Shown in pieces: positions 40,107 through 49,131 of a stretch of DNA of 64,000 nucleotides. Each line of letters begins with the position of its first letter. Position 1 is the first letter of the stretch. Source of the DNA: Trueperaceae bacterium (GTDB taxonomy: Bacteria > Deinococcota > Deinococci > Deinococcales > Trueperaceae); the NCBI GenBank assembly GCA_965214405.1, contig OZ243956.1:3200001-3264000 (forward strand). The letters are read 5' to 3'. The notes under the pieces are model-generated. The model was not told the origin of the DNA and ran no database searches. It was given only the letters and a program-made list of their open reading frames with translations. A program made the translations under genes and the position numbers.

Positions 40107-40556
40107 CTATTCCTCCTCACTCGGCTCCCCTTCCCGCTCCCACGCCGCCCGCATCACGACGCCTACTTTGTCGGCCAGAGCGGGAATAGATGAAGTTGGG
40201 CACGGCTGGTCCTCGAACTCCTCGAGCGCCTGTCCCTGAATAGCGCCAAAAAACATGCCGATAAAGGCGATTCGCTGCTGGTACTCCAAACTTATCTCGT
40301 CGCGCCCCTCGTTCGCGGCGCGGCGGCGCTCCGACTGCATATAAGCGAAATAGAACTCTTCCCACTCGAGGTCGCACGCCTGTATCTCGCCCGCTAACCG
40401 CCCCGCCTCCGCGATGTGCTCGAGGTGCGCCCCGTCGGGCATAGTGGCGTCCTCTTGGGCGAAAGTGGCGGGCGCAGTGAAGAAGATTGCAAGCGTCATG
40501 AAGAGGGCGAGACGCATAAACCTGAAGGGTGGCGGAAACATCTGGATGGAGAACAT
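40107..40556 (-). CDS. Hypothetical secreted protein
   Basis: Signal peptide MRLALF...ATFA-Q; TATAAT 7 nt before ATG 40556 (alternative start 40517); two Cys. Confidence 0.55.
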   Translation of the reverse strand: MFSIQMFPPPFRFMRLALFMTLAIFFTAPATFAQEDATMPDGAHLEHIAEAGRLAGEIQACDLEWEEFYFAYMQSERRRAANEGRDEISLEYQQRIAFIGMFFGAIQGQALEEFEDQPCPTSSIPALADKVGVVMRAAWEREGEPSEEE

Positions 40557-40758
40557 GCCTGTGATTATAGGGCGGAGGGCGGCGAAGCTTTCCAAAATGT
40601 AAAAAACCCCCCACCTAACAAGGTCAACGTGAAGAGATGAACGTTGTGGGTCTGGGCTCGAGTTCTTAAAGTTGTGAACTTAGCTAACCTAATCAAGGAG
40701 CTACAAGGACTTCGAGGCTTACCTGTTCATCCGCTTTCATAAAGTAAACTGAACTGTC

Positions 40759-42087
40759 ATGATTACTAGAATTGAAATAGACGGATTCAAAGGCTTTGAG
40801 AACTTCAGTATGGAGTTTCGGCCTTTTACCGTTATCGCTGGCGTTAATGGTGTGGGTAAGTCAAACCTGTTCGACGCCATGCGTCATCTGTCTTACCTGG
40901 TGAGTAAAACGTTGCGAGAATCTTTTGAGACTGACAGAGGTTCGCTTTTCGACCTGTTTACTATCTACCCAAATGGAACGCGCAAAAACAGAATTAGCTA
41001 CGTTGTAGAGATGCTTCTGCCTGAGTATATCGAGGATGAATTTTCAGAGATAGAAAAGCTAAAATATTTGAGGCTGCGCTATGAATTGGCAGTGAGCGTG
41101 GATAATGAGGGAAAATTTCAGATAGAAAAAGAGCGCCTTACACCCATTAAACGGGGGGACGACGCATTTCTAAAAATTCATAAGGGTATTAAAAAAGAAC
41201 TACCTACGTTGACTGGTGGGCGTAGTAGTCCCTTCATAGGTACCGATGAGGATAGCAACAGCATCACGATTTCTCAGGATGGGATAGGAGGCAACAAGAG
41301 AACCGTGAGTTTGAAGGGAGCACAAAGAACCGTGCTATCTAGTATCACAACAGTTGAATTTCCTCATGCTTACGCCGCGAAGAGCATGTTGCAAAACATA
41401 CACTTTTTACAACTTAATCCAGAACAACTCAGAAAATCTTCGAAAGTTGCCGCTTCTCCTTTTCTGGAGCCAGACGGAAGTAACTTAGCAACTATGGTGG
41501 CAAGGCTCCGCGATGAGGAATCAGATATAGAACAGATGATTTCTAATGACTTATCCAGTATCGTACCTGGTGTTGGCAAATTTATTTTACATAAAGATGA
41601 AAGTAAAGACGAGTATGTAATCTTCATAGAACATATAGATGGTTATGAAGTACCCTCCAAACTTCTTTCTGACGGAACCTTAAGAATTTTAGCTCTTATT
41701 GCTATAAGCTATGACTCCCAGTTTAACGGCACAATTATTCTTGAAGAGCCGGAAAATGGGGTTCATCCAGGACGTCTCGCTCGCATTGTAGAGCTTTTAC
41801 AGGATATGACAAACCTTCCAAGTACCTCTTCTAGCGCAAAGCAGATTATAACAAATACCCATTCAAGTAGCTTAATAGAAATTGTGGACGAAGACTTTTT
41901 GGCAATGGCTCAACCTAAAACAGTTGTGAGTCAAACATTGGGAAATTATACTGTCACTACAATAAATTATGTTAATGGTGAGCTGCTTTCAAGCGACGCT
42001 AACCTCTTGGCACGCTATGAAGCTAAGGCGTTGCTAGATTCAGATGGAAAAAGACTAGACAGAAAAAGAGAAACCCAGGCTGTCTGA
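40759..42087 (+). CDS. ABC-type ATPase (AAA_15/AAA_21 family), putative defence or abortive-infection sensor
   Basis: ITRIEIDGFKGF, Walker A GVNGVGKSN, signature LSDGT, Walker B ILEEPENGVHP, H-loop NTHS; AT-rich. Confidence 0.85.
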   Translation: MITRIEIDGFKGFENFSMEFRPFTVIAGVNGVGKSNLFDAMRHLSYLVSKTLRESFETDRGSLFDLFTIYPNGTRKNRISYVVEMLLPEYIEDEFSEIEKLKYLRLRYELAVSVDNEGKFQIEKERLTPIKRGDDAFLKIHKGIKKELPTLTGGRSSPFIGTDEDSNSITISQDGIGGNKRTVSLKGAQRTVLSSITTVEFPHAYAAKSMLQNIHFLQLNPEQLRKSSKVAASPFLEPDGSNLATMVARLRDEESDIEQMISNDLSSIVPGVGKFILHKDESKDEYVIFIEHIDGYEVPSKLLSDGTLRILALIAISYDSQFNGTIILEEPENGVHPGRLARIVELLQDMTNLPSTSSSAKQIITNTHSSSLIEIVDEDFLAMAQPKTVVSQTLGNYTVTTINYVNGELLSSDANLLARYEAKALLDSDGKRLDRKRETQAV

Positions 42088-42089
42088 CG

Positions 42090-42698
42090 GTGCGACAGAT
42101 TTTGTTTGGGGTTTACACAGAAGGTCCGACAGATGACAGATACTATCCAACACTTTTACGCCGGTATGTTACTCAGTTGTGCCTTGAGAAGGGTTTAAGT
42201 CCTGAGATAATGCAGCCGCATTCTATACGGCGTTCGAAAGGCACGTTTATTGAGCAGATGCAAGAGGTAGAGGCAAATTTCGAAGGTTTGCAGTACATCT
42301 TTGTACACAGCGACGCCGATGGGCGGAATGCTGACAACGTAATTGAAAATAAGTGGCAACCCTGGATCGAAAAATGTAAACAGCCCGAAAAATGGATTCC
42401 AGTCTTTCCTGTAAGAATGCTCGAGTCCTGGCTCCTCGCTGACAGAGAAGCGCTAGAAACTACCTTCATCATTAAACCTGCTGCAATTGCAGAGATTTTG
42501 GGAAACGTGAACGCCGAGCAAATTCCTGACCCAAAGGCAAAGCTAAATGAAATCATCCGAGCTGGAAAGCAGAGGAGAACAACAGGCTACGAGGAAAACC
42601 TCGCGCAACGGTCTAGGTTTTCTGAACTCGAGAAGCTACCGAGCTTTCAAAACTTCAGAAGTCGCCTGCTGGAAAATATGTTTGAGCGGGAAAGTTGA
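42090..42698 (+). CDS. TOPRIM-like protein (DUF4276-like), putative effector nuclease
   Basis: TEGPTD, HSDAD (DxD), MLESWLLAD, PDPKAKL, LPSFQ; starts 2 nt after the ATPase stop; AT-rich. Confidence 0.7.
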   Translation: MRQILFGVYTEGPTDDRYYPTLLRRYVTQLCLEKGLSPEIMQPHSIRRSKGTFIEQMQEVEANFEGLQYIFVHSDADGRNADNVIENKWQPWIEKCKQPEKWIPVFPVRMLESWLLADREALETTFIIKPAAIAEILGNVNAEQIPDPKAKLNEIIRAGKQRRTTGYEENLAQRSRFSELEKLPSFQNFRSRLLENMFERES

Positions 42699-42717
42699 AG
42701 CTTTGTCTGCTAACTCC

Positions 42718-42746
42718 TTGACTTTTACCCCCTAACACTTCACAAT
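42718..42746 (+). promoter_or_regulatory. sigma70-type promoter for the DHS-like gene
   Basis: TTGACT - 17 nt - CACAAT. Confidence 0.55.
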
Positions 42747-42755
42747 TTAGTTTGT

Positions 42756-42828
42756 TAGCCACGGGGAGTACCGATGGCGGCTCCTAAGAGCCGTAGGACT
42801 CCAAAAGCCGTGGCCTTTTTCTTTTTTT
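42756..42828 (+). promoter_or_regulatory. Structured 5' leader (nested hairpin + U tract): candidate attenuator, riboswitch or sRNA
   Basis: GCCACGG/CCGTGGC, GGAGT/ACTCC and GCGGCTC/GAGCCGT stems around a CTAA loop, followed by TTTTTCTTTTTTT. Confidence 0.55.
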
Positions 42829-42878
42829 CGAGACCGCGGACAATTAAGAAGAGCCAAGCGCTCACACGGAGGCTAAAG

Positions 42879-43937
42879 ATGCAAAAGCAAGACTTTCTCA
42901 AAAACGCCGTCGAGCATATCGACATCAAAAAAGTGGACGTGGTGCCCTTAGTCGAGGCGATGGGCAAGACCGCCTTTTCCGCGCGCAACTTGTCCCGCGC
43001 CGCCACCATCCTCGACAAAATGGTCGCCGACAAGGACGCGGGCGTGATTTTGACGCTCGCCGGGAGCATCGTGTCGGCGGGACAGAAGCTCGTGATTTTG
43101 GACCTGCTACGTAACAACATGGTGGACGCGATTGTCTCCACGGGGGCCAACATCGTTGACCAGGACTTTTTCGAGGCGCTGGGCTACAAGCACTATCTCG
43201 GCAACCCCTTTGAAAACGACAACACGCTGCGCGGACTCGCCATCGACCGCATTTATGACACCTATATTGACGAGGACGAGCTGCGCGTTTGTGACGACAC
43301 GATTCGGAGGATTGCGGACGGGCTCGAGCCGCGCGCCTACTCTTCTCGAGAGTTCATCATAGAAATGGGTAAATACCTCGTTGACAACAACCTCGGGCAA
43401 GACTCCATCGTCCGCACGAGTTATGAAAAGGGCGTGCCCATCTTCGTGCCAGCCTTTTCGGACTGCTCGGCGGGCTTCGGTTTAGTTTTTCACCAGACAA
43501 AAAACCCGGACGCGCACGTGGCGATTGACTCGGTGAAAGATTTCCGCGAGCTTACCCAAATCAAGGTCGCGCAGGGCACCACGGGCATCTTTATGATTGG
43601 CGGGGGCGTACCCAAAAACTTTGTCCAGGACATCGTCGTCTCAGCGGAATTTTTGGGCCATGACGCGGCGATGCACCGTTACGCGGTGCAGCTCACCGTG
43701 GCGGACGAGCGCGACGGGGCCTTGTCGGGTTCGACGCTAAAAGAGGCGAACTCGTGGGGCAAGGTGGACTTGGCCTATGAGCAGATGGTCTACGGCGAGG
43801 CGACGGTGACATTCCCGCTCATCGCGGGTTACGCCTACCACAAGCGTTCGTGGGAGGGGCGCGCGCCGCGGGAGTACAATAAACTATTCTCGGAAGCAGA
43901 ATCAGAAGCAGAAAAAGAGGTTGTGTCGCAGGCGTAG
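42879..43937 (+). CDS. Deoxyhypusine-synthase-like protein (bacterial homospermidine / polyamine synthesis)
   Basis: STGANIVDQD, IDRIYD, PAFSDCSAG, IGGGVPKN, DGALSGSTLKEANSWGK; GGAGG RBS. Confidence 0.9.
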   Translation: MQKQDFLKNAVEHIDIKKVDVVPLVEAMGKTAFSARNLSRAATILDKMVADKDAGVILTLAGSIVSAGQKLVILDLLRNNMVDAIVSTGANIVDQDFFEALGYKHYLGNPFENDNTLRGLAIDRIYDTYIDEDELRVCDDTIRRIADGLEPRAYSSREFIIEMGKYLVDNNLGQDSIVRTSYEKGVPIFVPAFSDCSAGFGLVFHQTKNPDAHVAIDSVKDFRELTQIKVAQGTTGIFMIGGGVPKNFVQDIVVSAEFLGHDAAMHRYAVQLTVADERDGALSGSTLKEANSWGKVDLAYEQMVYGEATVTFPLIAGYAYHKRSWEGRAPREYNKLFSEAESEAEKEVVSQA

Positions 43938-43956
43938 AGAAATTCTTGGCAGCGTC

Positions 43957-43986
43957 AGCCGCTCCTATAGGGGCGGCTTTTTGTTT
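43957..43986 (+). terminator. Intrinsic terminator after the DHS-like gene
   Basis: AGCCGCTCC-TATA-GGGGCGGCT followed by TTTTGTTT. Confidence 0.8.
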
Positions 43987-44149
43987 GGAGGGGATTCGGT
44001 TTTGGGCTTGGAGACTCAAGCCCTGCACGTTTCACTTCCGAGCCAATTCTGGATATGTGGAATGTTAGACTGACAAGATATATCCCGTGCGCCCTGGGTT
44101 TTTAGGGCGGCGCGCGTGGGCAAAATCAACATTCATCCGCGGAGGCAGT

Positions 44150-44706
44150 ATGATTAGCGTAACCGAACTTAGAAACGGGTCCAAGGTCGAGATGGACGGC
44201 GGTCTGTGGGAGTGCCTGGACTACTCGCACCTCAAGATGGGGCGCGGCGGGGCCAAGGTGGTGACCAAGTTTCGCAACTTGGAAACGGGCTCCATTGTGG
44301 AACGCACCTTTAACGCGTCCGAAAAACTCAAAGACATCTTTATCGACTACCGCACCATGCAGTACCTTTACAATGACGGCGCGATGTATACCTTTATGGA
44401 CACCGAAACGTATGAGCAGCCGAACTTGTCGCGTGAGCAGATTGGCGACGGGGCAAAGTATCTCAAGGAGTCGATGGAGGTGACCGTCGATTATTTTGCC
44501 GGGCGGCCCCTCAAGGTGACGCTGCCCAACATCGTCGAATTGACCATTACCCAGACCGACCCCGGCGTCAAGGGGGATACGGTTTCGGGTGGCTCGAAGA
44601 GCGCGGTGGTAGAAACGGGCGCGTCGGTCAACGTGCCCTTGTTTATCGAGCAGGGGGAGAAGATTCGGGTGGACACGCGCACGGGTGAGTATTTAGGGCG
44701 CGCCTG

Positions 44707-44707
<1 letters not shown>
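44150..44707 (+). CDS. efp: Elongation factor P (Arg-type loop KMGRGGA)
   Basis: HLKMGRGGAKV, MQYLY, FMDTETYEQ, TDPGVKGDT, VPLFI, VDTRTGEY. Confidence 0.97.
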
Positions 44708-45198
<491 letters not shown>

Positions 45199-45288
45199 GA
45201 CGTGGTTAAGAACATGGTTGACGTGTCGCTTATGCTCTGGAGAACGAAAAGCCTCCCCGACCCTTCACTCCAATAATGTATAAAAATC

Positions 45289-46623
45289 ATGTTTAAGAAA
45301 GTCCTCATTGCCAACCGCGGCGAAATCGCCTTGCGCATCCTCCGGGCCGCTAAAGAGTTGGGCGTCAAGACGGTGCTGGGTTATTCGACGGCGGACGAAA
45401 GCTCGCTGCCCGTCCTCATGGCCGACGAGTCCATCTGCATCGGCCCGGCGGCCTCGGCGGGGTCGTATCTGAACGTGCGCAACCTGCTCTCGGCGGCGCT
45501 GGTCACGGGCGCGGAGGCGATTCACCCCGGTTACGGCTTTCTGGCCGAAAACGCCGAGTTTGCGGAAAAATGTGAAGAGCATAACATCGTGTTTATCGGC
45601 CCCAGGGCGCAGAACATCCGGCTGATTGGCGACAAGGCGAGCGCGCGGGCGCTGGCGCAAGAAGCCGACGTGCCGGTCACGCCGGGGTCGGGGGCGCTCT
45701 CCTCAACGGAGGACGCTCGAGCCTTTGCCGAAGGGATCGGCTACCCCGTCATCCTCAAGGCCTCAGCGGGCGGCGGGGGCCGCGGGATGCGGGTGGTGCG
45801 GGGGCCTGACGAGTTGGAGCGCCACCTCACCAACGCCCAAGAAGAGGCGCGCGCGGCCTTTGGCAATCCGGAAATGTACATGGAAAAGTTTTTAGAAGAG
45901 CCCCGGCACGTCGAAATCCAGGTGTTCGGCGACGGCAAGGGCGAGGTCATCCACTTTTTCGACCGCGACTGCTCGATTCAGAGGCGTTATCAAAAGGTGC
46001 TCGAGGAGGCCCCCAGCACGCTCGACAATGCTTTGAGGCTTGACATCGCCGAGGCGGCGGTGCGGCTCGCCAAACGCATCAACTACCGCGGCGCGGGGAC
46101 CTGCGAATTTCTGGTCGACCGTGAGGGCGGATTCTATTTTTCCGAGATGAACACCCGCATCCAGGTCGAGCATCCCGTGACCGAGATGATTACCCGCTTC
46201 GACTTGGTCCAGGAGCAGTTCAAGGTCGCGGCGACGGGCAAGCTCTCCTTGCGCCAAGAGGACGTGCGGACGCAGGGCCACGCCATCGAGGTCCGCATCA
46301 ACGCCGAGGACCCCGACCACGACTTCCGGCCCTCGGCGGGCACGCTTGTCGATGTGCATTGGCCGGGCGGACCGGGTATTCGGGTGGACTCGCACGTGTA
46401 CGCGGGCTACCGCATCCCGCCCAACTACGACTCGCTGATTGCCAAAATCATCGCCTGGGCGCCCACTCGAGACGAGGCCATCGCCCGGATGCGGCGCGCA
46501 TTAGAAGAAACCGTGCTGGACGGCGTCAAGACGACGATTCCCTTTCACCTCAAGGTGCTCGACAACGCCTTTTACAAGCGGGGCGCGGTGTACACTTCCT
46601 TTATTGCCAGGAGGATGCAGTGA
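45289..46623 (+). CDS. accC: Acetyl-CoA carboxylase biotin carboxylase subunit
   Basis: IANRGEIA, HPGYGFLAEN, GGGGRGM, RDCSIQRR, EMNTRIQVEHPVTE. Confidence 0.96.
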   Translation: MFKKVLIANRGEIALRILRAAKELGVKTVLGYSTADESSLPVLMADESICIGPAASAGSYLNVRNLLSAALVTGAEAIHPGYGFLAENAEFAEKCEEHNIVFIGPRAQNIRLIGDKASARALAQEADVPVTPGSGALSSTEDARAFAEGIGYPVILKASAGGGGRGMRVVRGPDELERHLTNAQEEARAAFGNPEMYMEKFLEEPRHVEIQVFGDGKGEVIHFFDRDCSIQRRYQKVLEEAPSTLDNALRLDIAEAAVRLAKRINYRGAGTCEFLVDREGGFYFSEMNTRIQVEHPVTEMITRFDLVQEQFKVAATGKLSLRQEDVRTQGHAIEVRINAEDPDHDFRPSAGTLVDVHWPGGPGIRVDSHVYAGYRIPPNYDSLIAKIIAWAPTRDEAIARMRRALEETVLDGVKTTIPFHLKVLDNAFYKRGAVYTSFIARRMQ

Positions 46624-46643
46624 AGGATGATGGTGTGAAAGAC

Positions 46644-47015
46644 ATGATAACTCAACCCCCAGCGACTCAGTTCGACGCTCAGTTGGACATCTCTCAGGAC
46701 GTTTTGTTCGGCATTACCCAACTCGCCCTGGGCGAGGTCGAGGGGCTCACCCCGATGACGCCGCCCGTCCGGGTCGGTGAAATTCTTACTGGACGCCGCG
46801 CCAAGGGCATCCAGATAGAACGCGAGGGCAAGCGGGTGCGGGTCGACCTCACAATTTGCGTGCGCTACGGGCTGCCGCTGCCCGCCGTGGCTGGCGCGGC
46901 CCAGCGCGCGGTGCGCGAGGCGGTAGGCTCGATGACGGGCTTGACGGTCGAAAGCGTCAACGTGACCGTGGGCGCGATTGACATTCCCGAGGAGCTGATG
47001 CGTGGCGCGGCGTAA
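46644..47015 (+). CDS. Asp23/Gls24-family envelope stress protein
   Basis: KGIQI..., VRYG, AQRAVREAVGSMTGLTVESVNVTV; typical position between accC and nusB (start may be GTG at 46620). Confidence 0.85.
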   Translation: MITQPPATQFDAQLDISQDVLFGITQLALGEVEGLTPMTPPVRVGEILTGRRAKGIQIEREGKRVRVDLTICVRYGLPLPAVAGAAQRAVREAVGSMTGLTVESVNVTVGAIDIPEELMRGAA

Positions 47016-47463
47016 AGCTCGAGAACTTGCCTTCCGGACCCTTTTCCAGTCCGAACGCGGCGGCGCACCCCTCATGGAAGTGTGGGCGCAGACCAGGGCT
47101 GATCTGGGTGAGGAGGTTGACGCCGACGACGCCTACGGCGACGTTTTAGACAGTGAGGCTCTGGCGTTCGCCGAAGGGCTCCTCGAGGCCTACGCCGAAC
47201 ACCAGGCGGAAATTGACGCGCATTTAGAAGAGGTCATCCAGGGCTGGAGCTTTTCGCAGATGGCGCAAACCGACCTCAACGTGCTGCGCTTGGCGCTCAC
47301 CGAGTTCTGGTATGAGCGTGACGTGCCCAAAGAGGTCACCATCGAAATTGCGGTGCGCATCGCCAAGCGCTTTGGCGGCGAGGAGTCGGGAAGGTTTGTC
47401 AACGGCGTGCTGGCTGATTTGTATAGAAGGCTCGAGCGCCCGCCCGCCGCGGGTGTGTCCTGA
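47002..47463 (+). CDS. nusB: Transcription antitermination factor NusB
   Basis: RRKARELAF, D-x-NVLRLA, EIAVRIAKRFG, FVNGVL. Confidence 0.93.
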   Translation: MARRKARELAFRTLFQSERGGAPLMEVWAQTRADLGEEVDADDAYGDVLDSEALAFAEGLLEAYAEHQAEIDAHLEEVIQGWSFSQMAQTDLNVLRLALTEFWYERDVPKEVTIEIAVRIAKRFGGEESGRFVNGVLADLYRRLERPPAAGVS

Positions 47464-47533
47464 GCGGCGCAGACACCAAAGATTTTGTGAGTATGCAGGC
47501 GAAACAAACATTCTTCACTTCACTTATGTTTTA

Positions 47534-47566
47534 CTCCCCCTTTAACAAGGGGGGCAGGGGGGATTT
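47534..47566. repeat. REP-like short palindromic element (CTCCCCCTTTAACAAGGGGGGCAGGGGGGATT)
   Basis: CCCCCTT/AAGGGGG hairpin plus GGGGGGAT tail, in the nusB-folD spacer. Confidence 0.5.
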
Positions 47567-47599
47567 TGCACTGAGCCCTACCCTAAGCCGGGGCGCGCG

Positions 47600-48442
47600 T
47601 TGACCGCCAAACTCCTCAGCGGCCGCGAGGTCTCGCGCGCGCTTGTGGCAACCGTCCGCGAGACCGTCACCGCCCTCTCCTACACACCCAAACTCGTTTT
47701 CGTGCGCGTCGGCGAGGACCCCGCGAGCGCGTCGTACGTGCGCTCCAAGGCGCGGCTGGCGGAGCGCGCGGGCATCTCTTCCCAAACGCTCGTGTTACCG
47801 GAGGAGACGCCTCAGGAAGAGCTGATGAACCTTGTAGGGCGGCTCAATGACGACGATGAGGTGGACGGAATTCTGGTACAGCTTCCGCTGCCCGCTCATT
47901 TGGAAAGCGGCCCGGTGCTCAACGCGATTCGCCCTGACAAGGACGTGGACGGCCTGCACCCCGTTAACGTCGGTCGCTTGTGGAACGGTGAGGCGGGGCT
48001 CTTTCCCGCGACGCCCGCGGGGCTCATTCGCATTCTCGACTATTATGAAATTCCCGTCCAAGGTCAGCGCGCGGTGGTGGTGGGGCGCTCGAGCTTGGTC
48101 GGCAAACCCGCCGCGGCGCTCCTCTTGCGCCGCAACGCGACGGTGACGCTCGCCCATTCGCGCACGCGTGACTTAGCCGCTCTCACAAAAGAGGCCGACA
48201 TTTTGGTTCCGGCGGTGGGGCGACCGGGGATGATCACGCCCGAGATGGTCAAACCCGGCGCGACCGTGCTCGACGTGGGGCAGTCGCCGGTAGAGGGCGA
48301 GCTGCGCGGCGACGTTCACCCGGACGTGGCGGGGGTGGCGGGCGCGCTCACGCCGACGCCGGGCGGAACCGGGCCGATGACGGTGGCGATGGTGATTCAA
48401 AACACCGTGGACGCCGCCATAGCGAGGCGCGGGCGTGGCTGA
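47600..48442 (+). CDS. folD: Bifunctional methylenetetrahydrofolate dehydrogenase/cyclohydrolase
   Basis: ASYVRSK, GILVQLPLP, KDVDGLHP, VGRSSLVGKP, PGGTGPMT. Confidence 0.95.
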   Translation: MTAKLLSGREVSRALVATVRETVTALSYTPKLVFVRVGEDPASASYVRSKARLAERAGISSQTLVLPEETPQEELMNLVGRLNDDDEVDGILVQLPLPAHLESGPVLNAIRPDKDVDGLHPVNVGRLWNGEAGLFPATPAGLIRILDYYEIPVQGQRAVVVGRSSLVGKPAAALLLRRNATVTLAHSRTRDLAALTKEADILVPAVGRPGMITPEMVKPGATVLDVGQSPVEGELRGDVHPDVAGVAGALTPTPGGTGPMTVAMVIQNTVDAAIARRGRG

Positions 48443-48878
48443 GCTTCTGGGCAACCGCGTCCTCTGGGGCGCGGCCTTAGCGACCTTCGTGGCGCAACTT
48501 ATCAAGGTGATGATTACGCTGGTGCTCGAGCGCCGCTTGGCCTTTGAACGCCTCCTAGAAACAGGCGGGATGCCCTCGTCACACTCGGCGGCGGTCGCCG
48601 CGCTGGCGACGGGCATGGGTATGGTTTACGGCCTGAGCAGCCCCTACTTCACGCTGGCCGCGGTGTTCGGCTCGATCGTCATCTACGACGCCACGGGCAT
48701 CCGCCGCGCGGCGGGGATGCAGGCCGCGCTTATCAACAGTTTGGTAACCGAACTCGCGCACCTCTTTGACGAGGGTTTTCGGCCTCAGGTGCTCAAGACG
48801 CTGCTGGGCCACACGTATCCACAAGTGTTCGTGGGCGCGGCGCTGGGCGTGGCGACGAGCGCGCTTCTGTTTTTGTAG
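48435..48878 (+). CDS. Divergent PAP2-family protein (DUF212)
   Basis: AQLIK, TGGMPSSHSA, YDATGIRRAAG, LGHT. Confidence 0.9.
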   Translation: MAELLGNRVLWGAALATFVAQLIKVMITLVLERRLAFERLLETGGMPSSHSAAVAALATGMGMVYGLSSPYFTLAAVFGSIVIYDATGIRRAAGMQAALINSLVTELAHLFDEGFRPQVLKTLLGHTYPQVFVGAALGVATSALLFL

Positions 48879-49131
48879 CTCGAGGTTGATGCAACATGCT
48901 CGAGGGTACTTTTAGAGCTGCTCGAGATTCTATACGAAACAGCTCCGGCTCGAACATCTCCAGCACCCTCGGCTCGCTGAGACGCATTGGAAAACGGCTC
49001 GAGCCACAAAAAACTTCTCTTGGCAACGGGAGAAACTAGGCGTGAAGAAGGGGTGAACGCTACCGTCCTTGTAATTTCTTTTCATCATCCCGTATACTAG
49101 CCTCGGTTCAAAAACTAATTTGGAGGTCTTC

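Noticed and set aside
40600..42760. Integrase, att sites or target-site duplication around the AT-rich cassette
   Set aside because: No flanking direct or inverted repeats, tRNA or recombinase could be found by eye.
46359..46620. N-terminal extension of the Asp23 ORF (and similar extensions of msrA, vWA, FtsX permease, GT4 and the 53391 gene)
   Set aside because: The extensions overlap neighbouring genes or promoters; better downstream starts with an RBS or -10 box exist.
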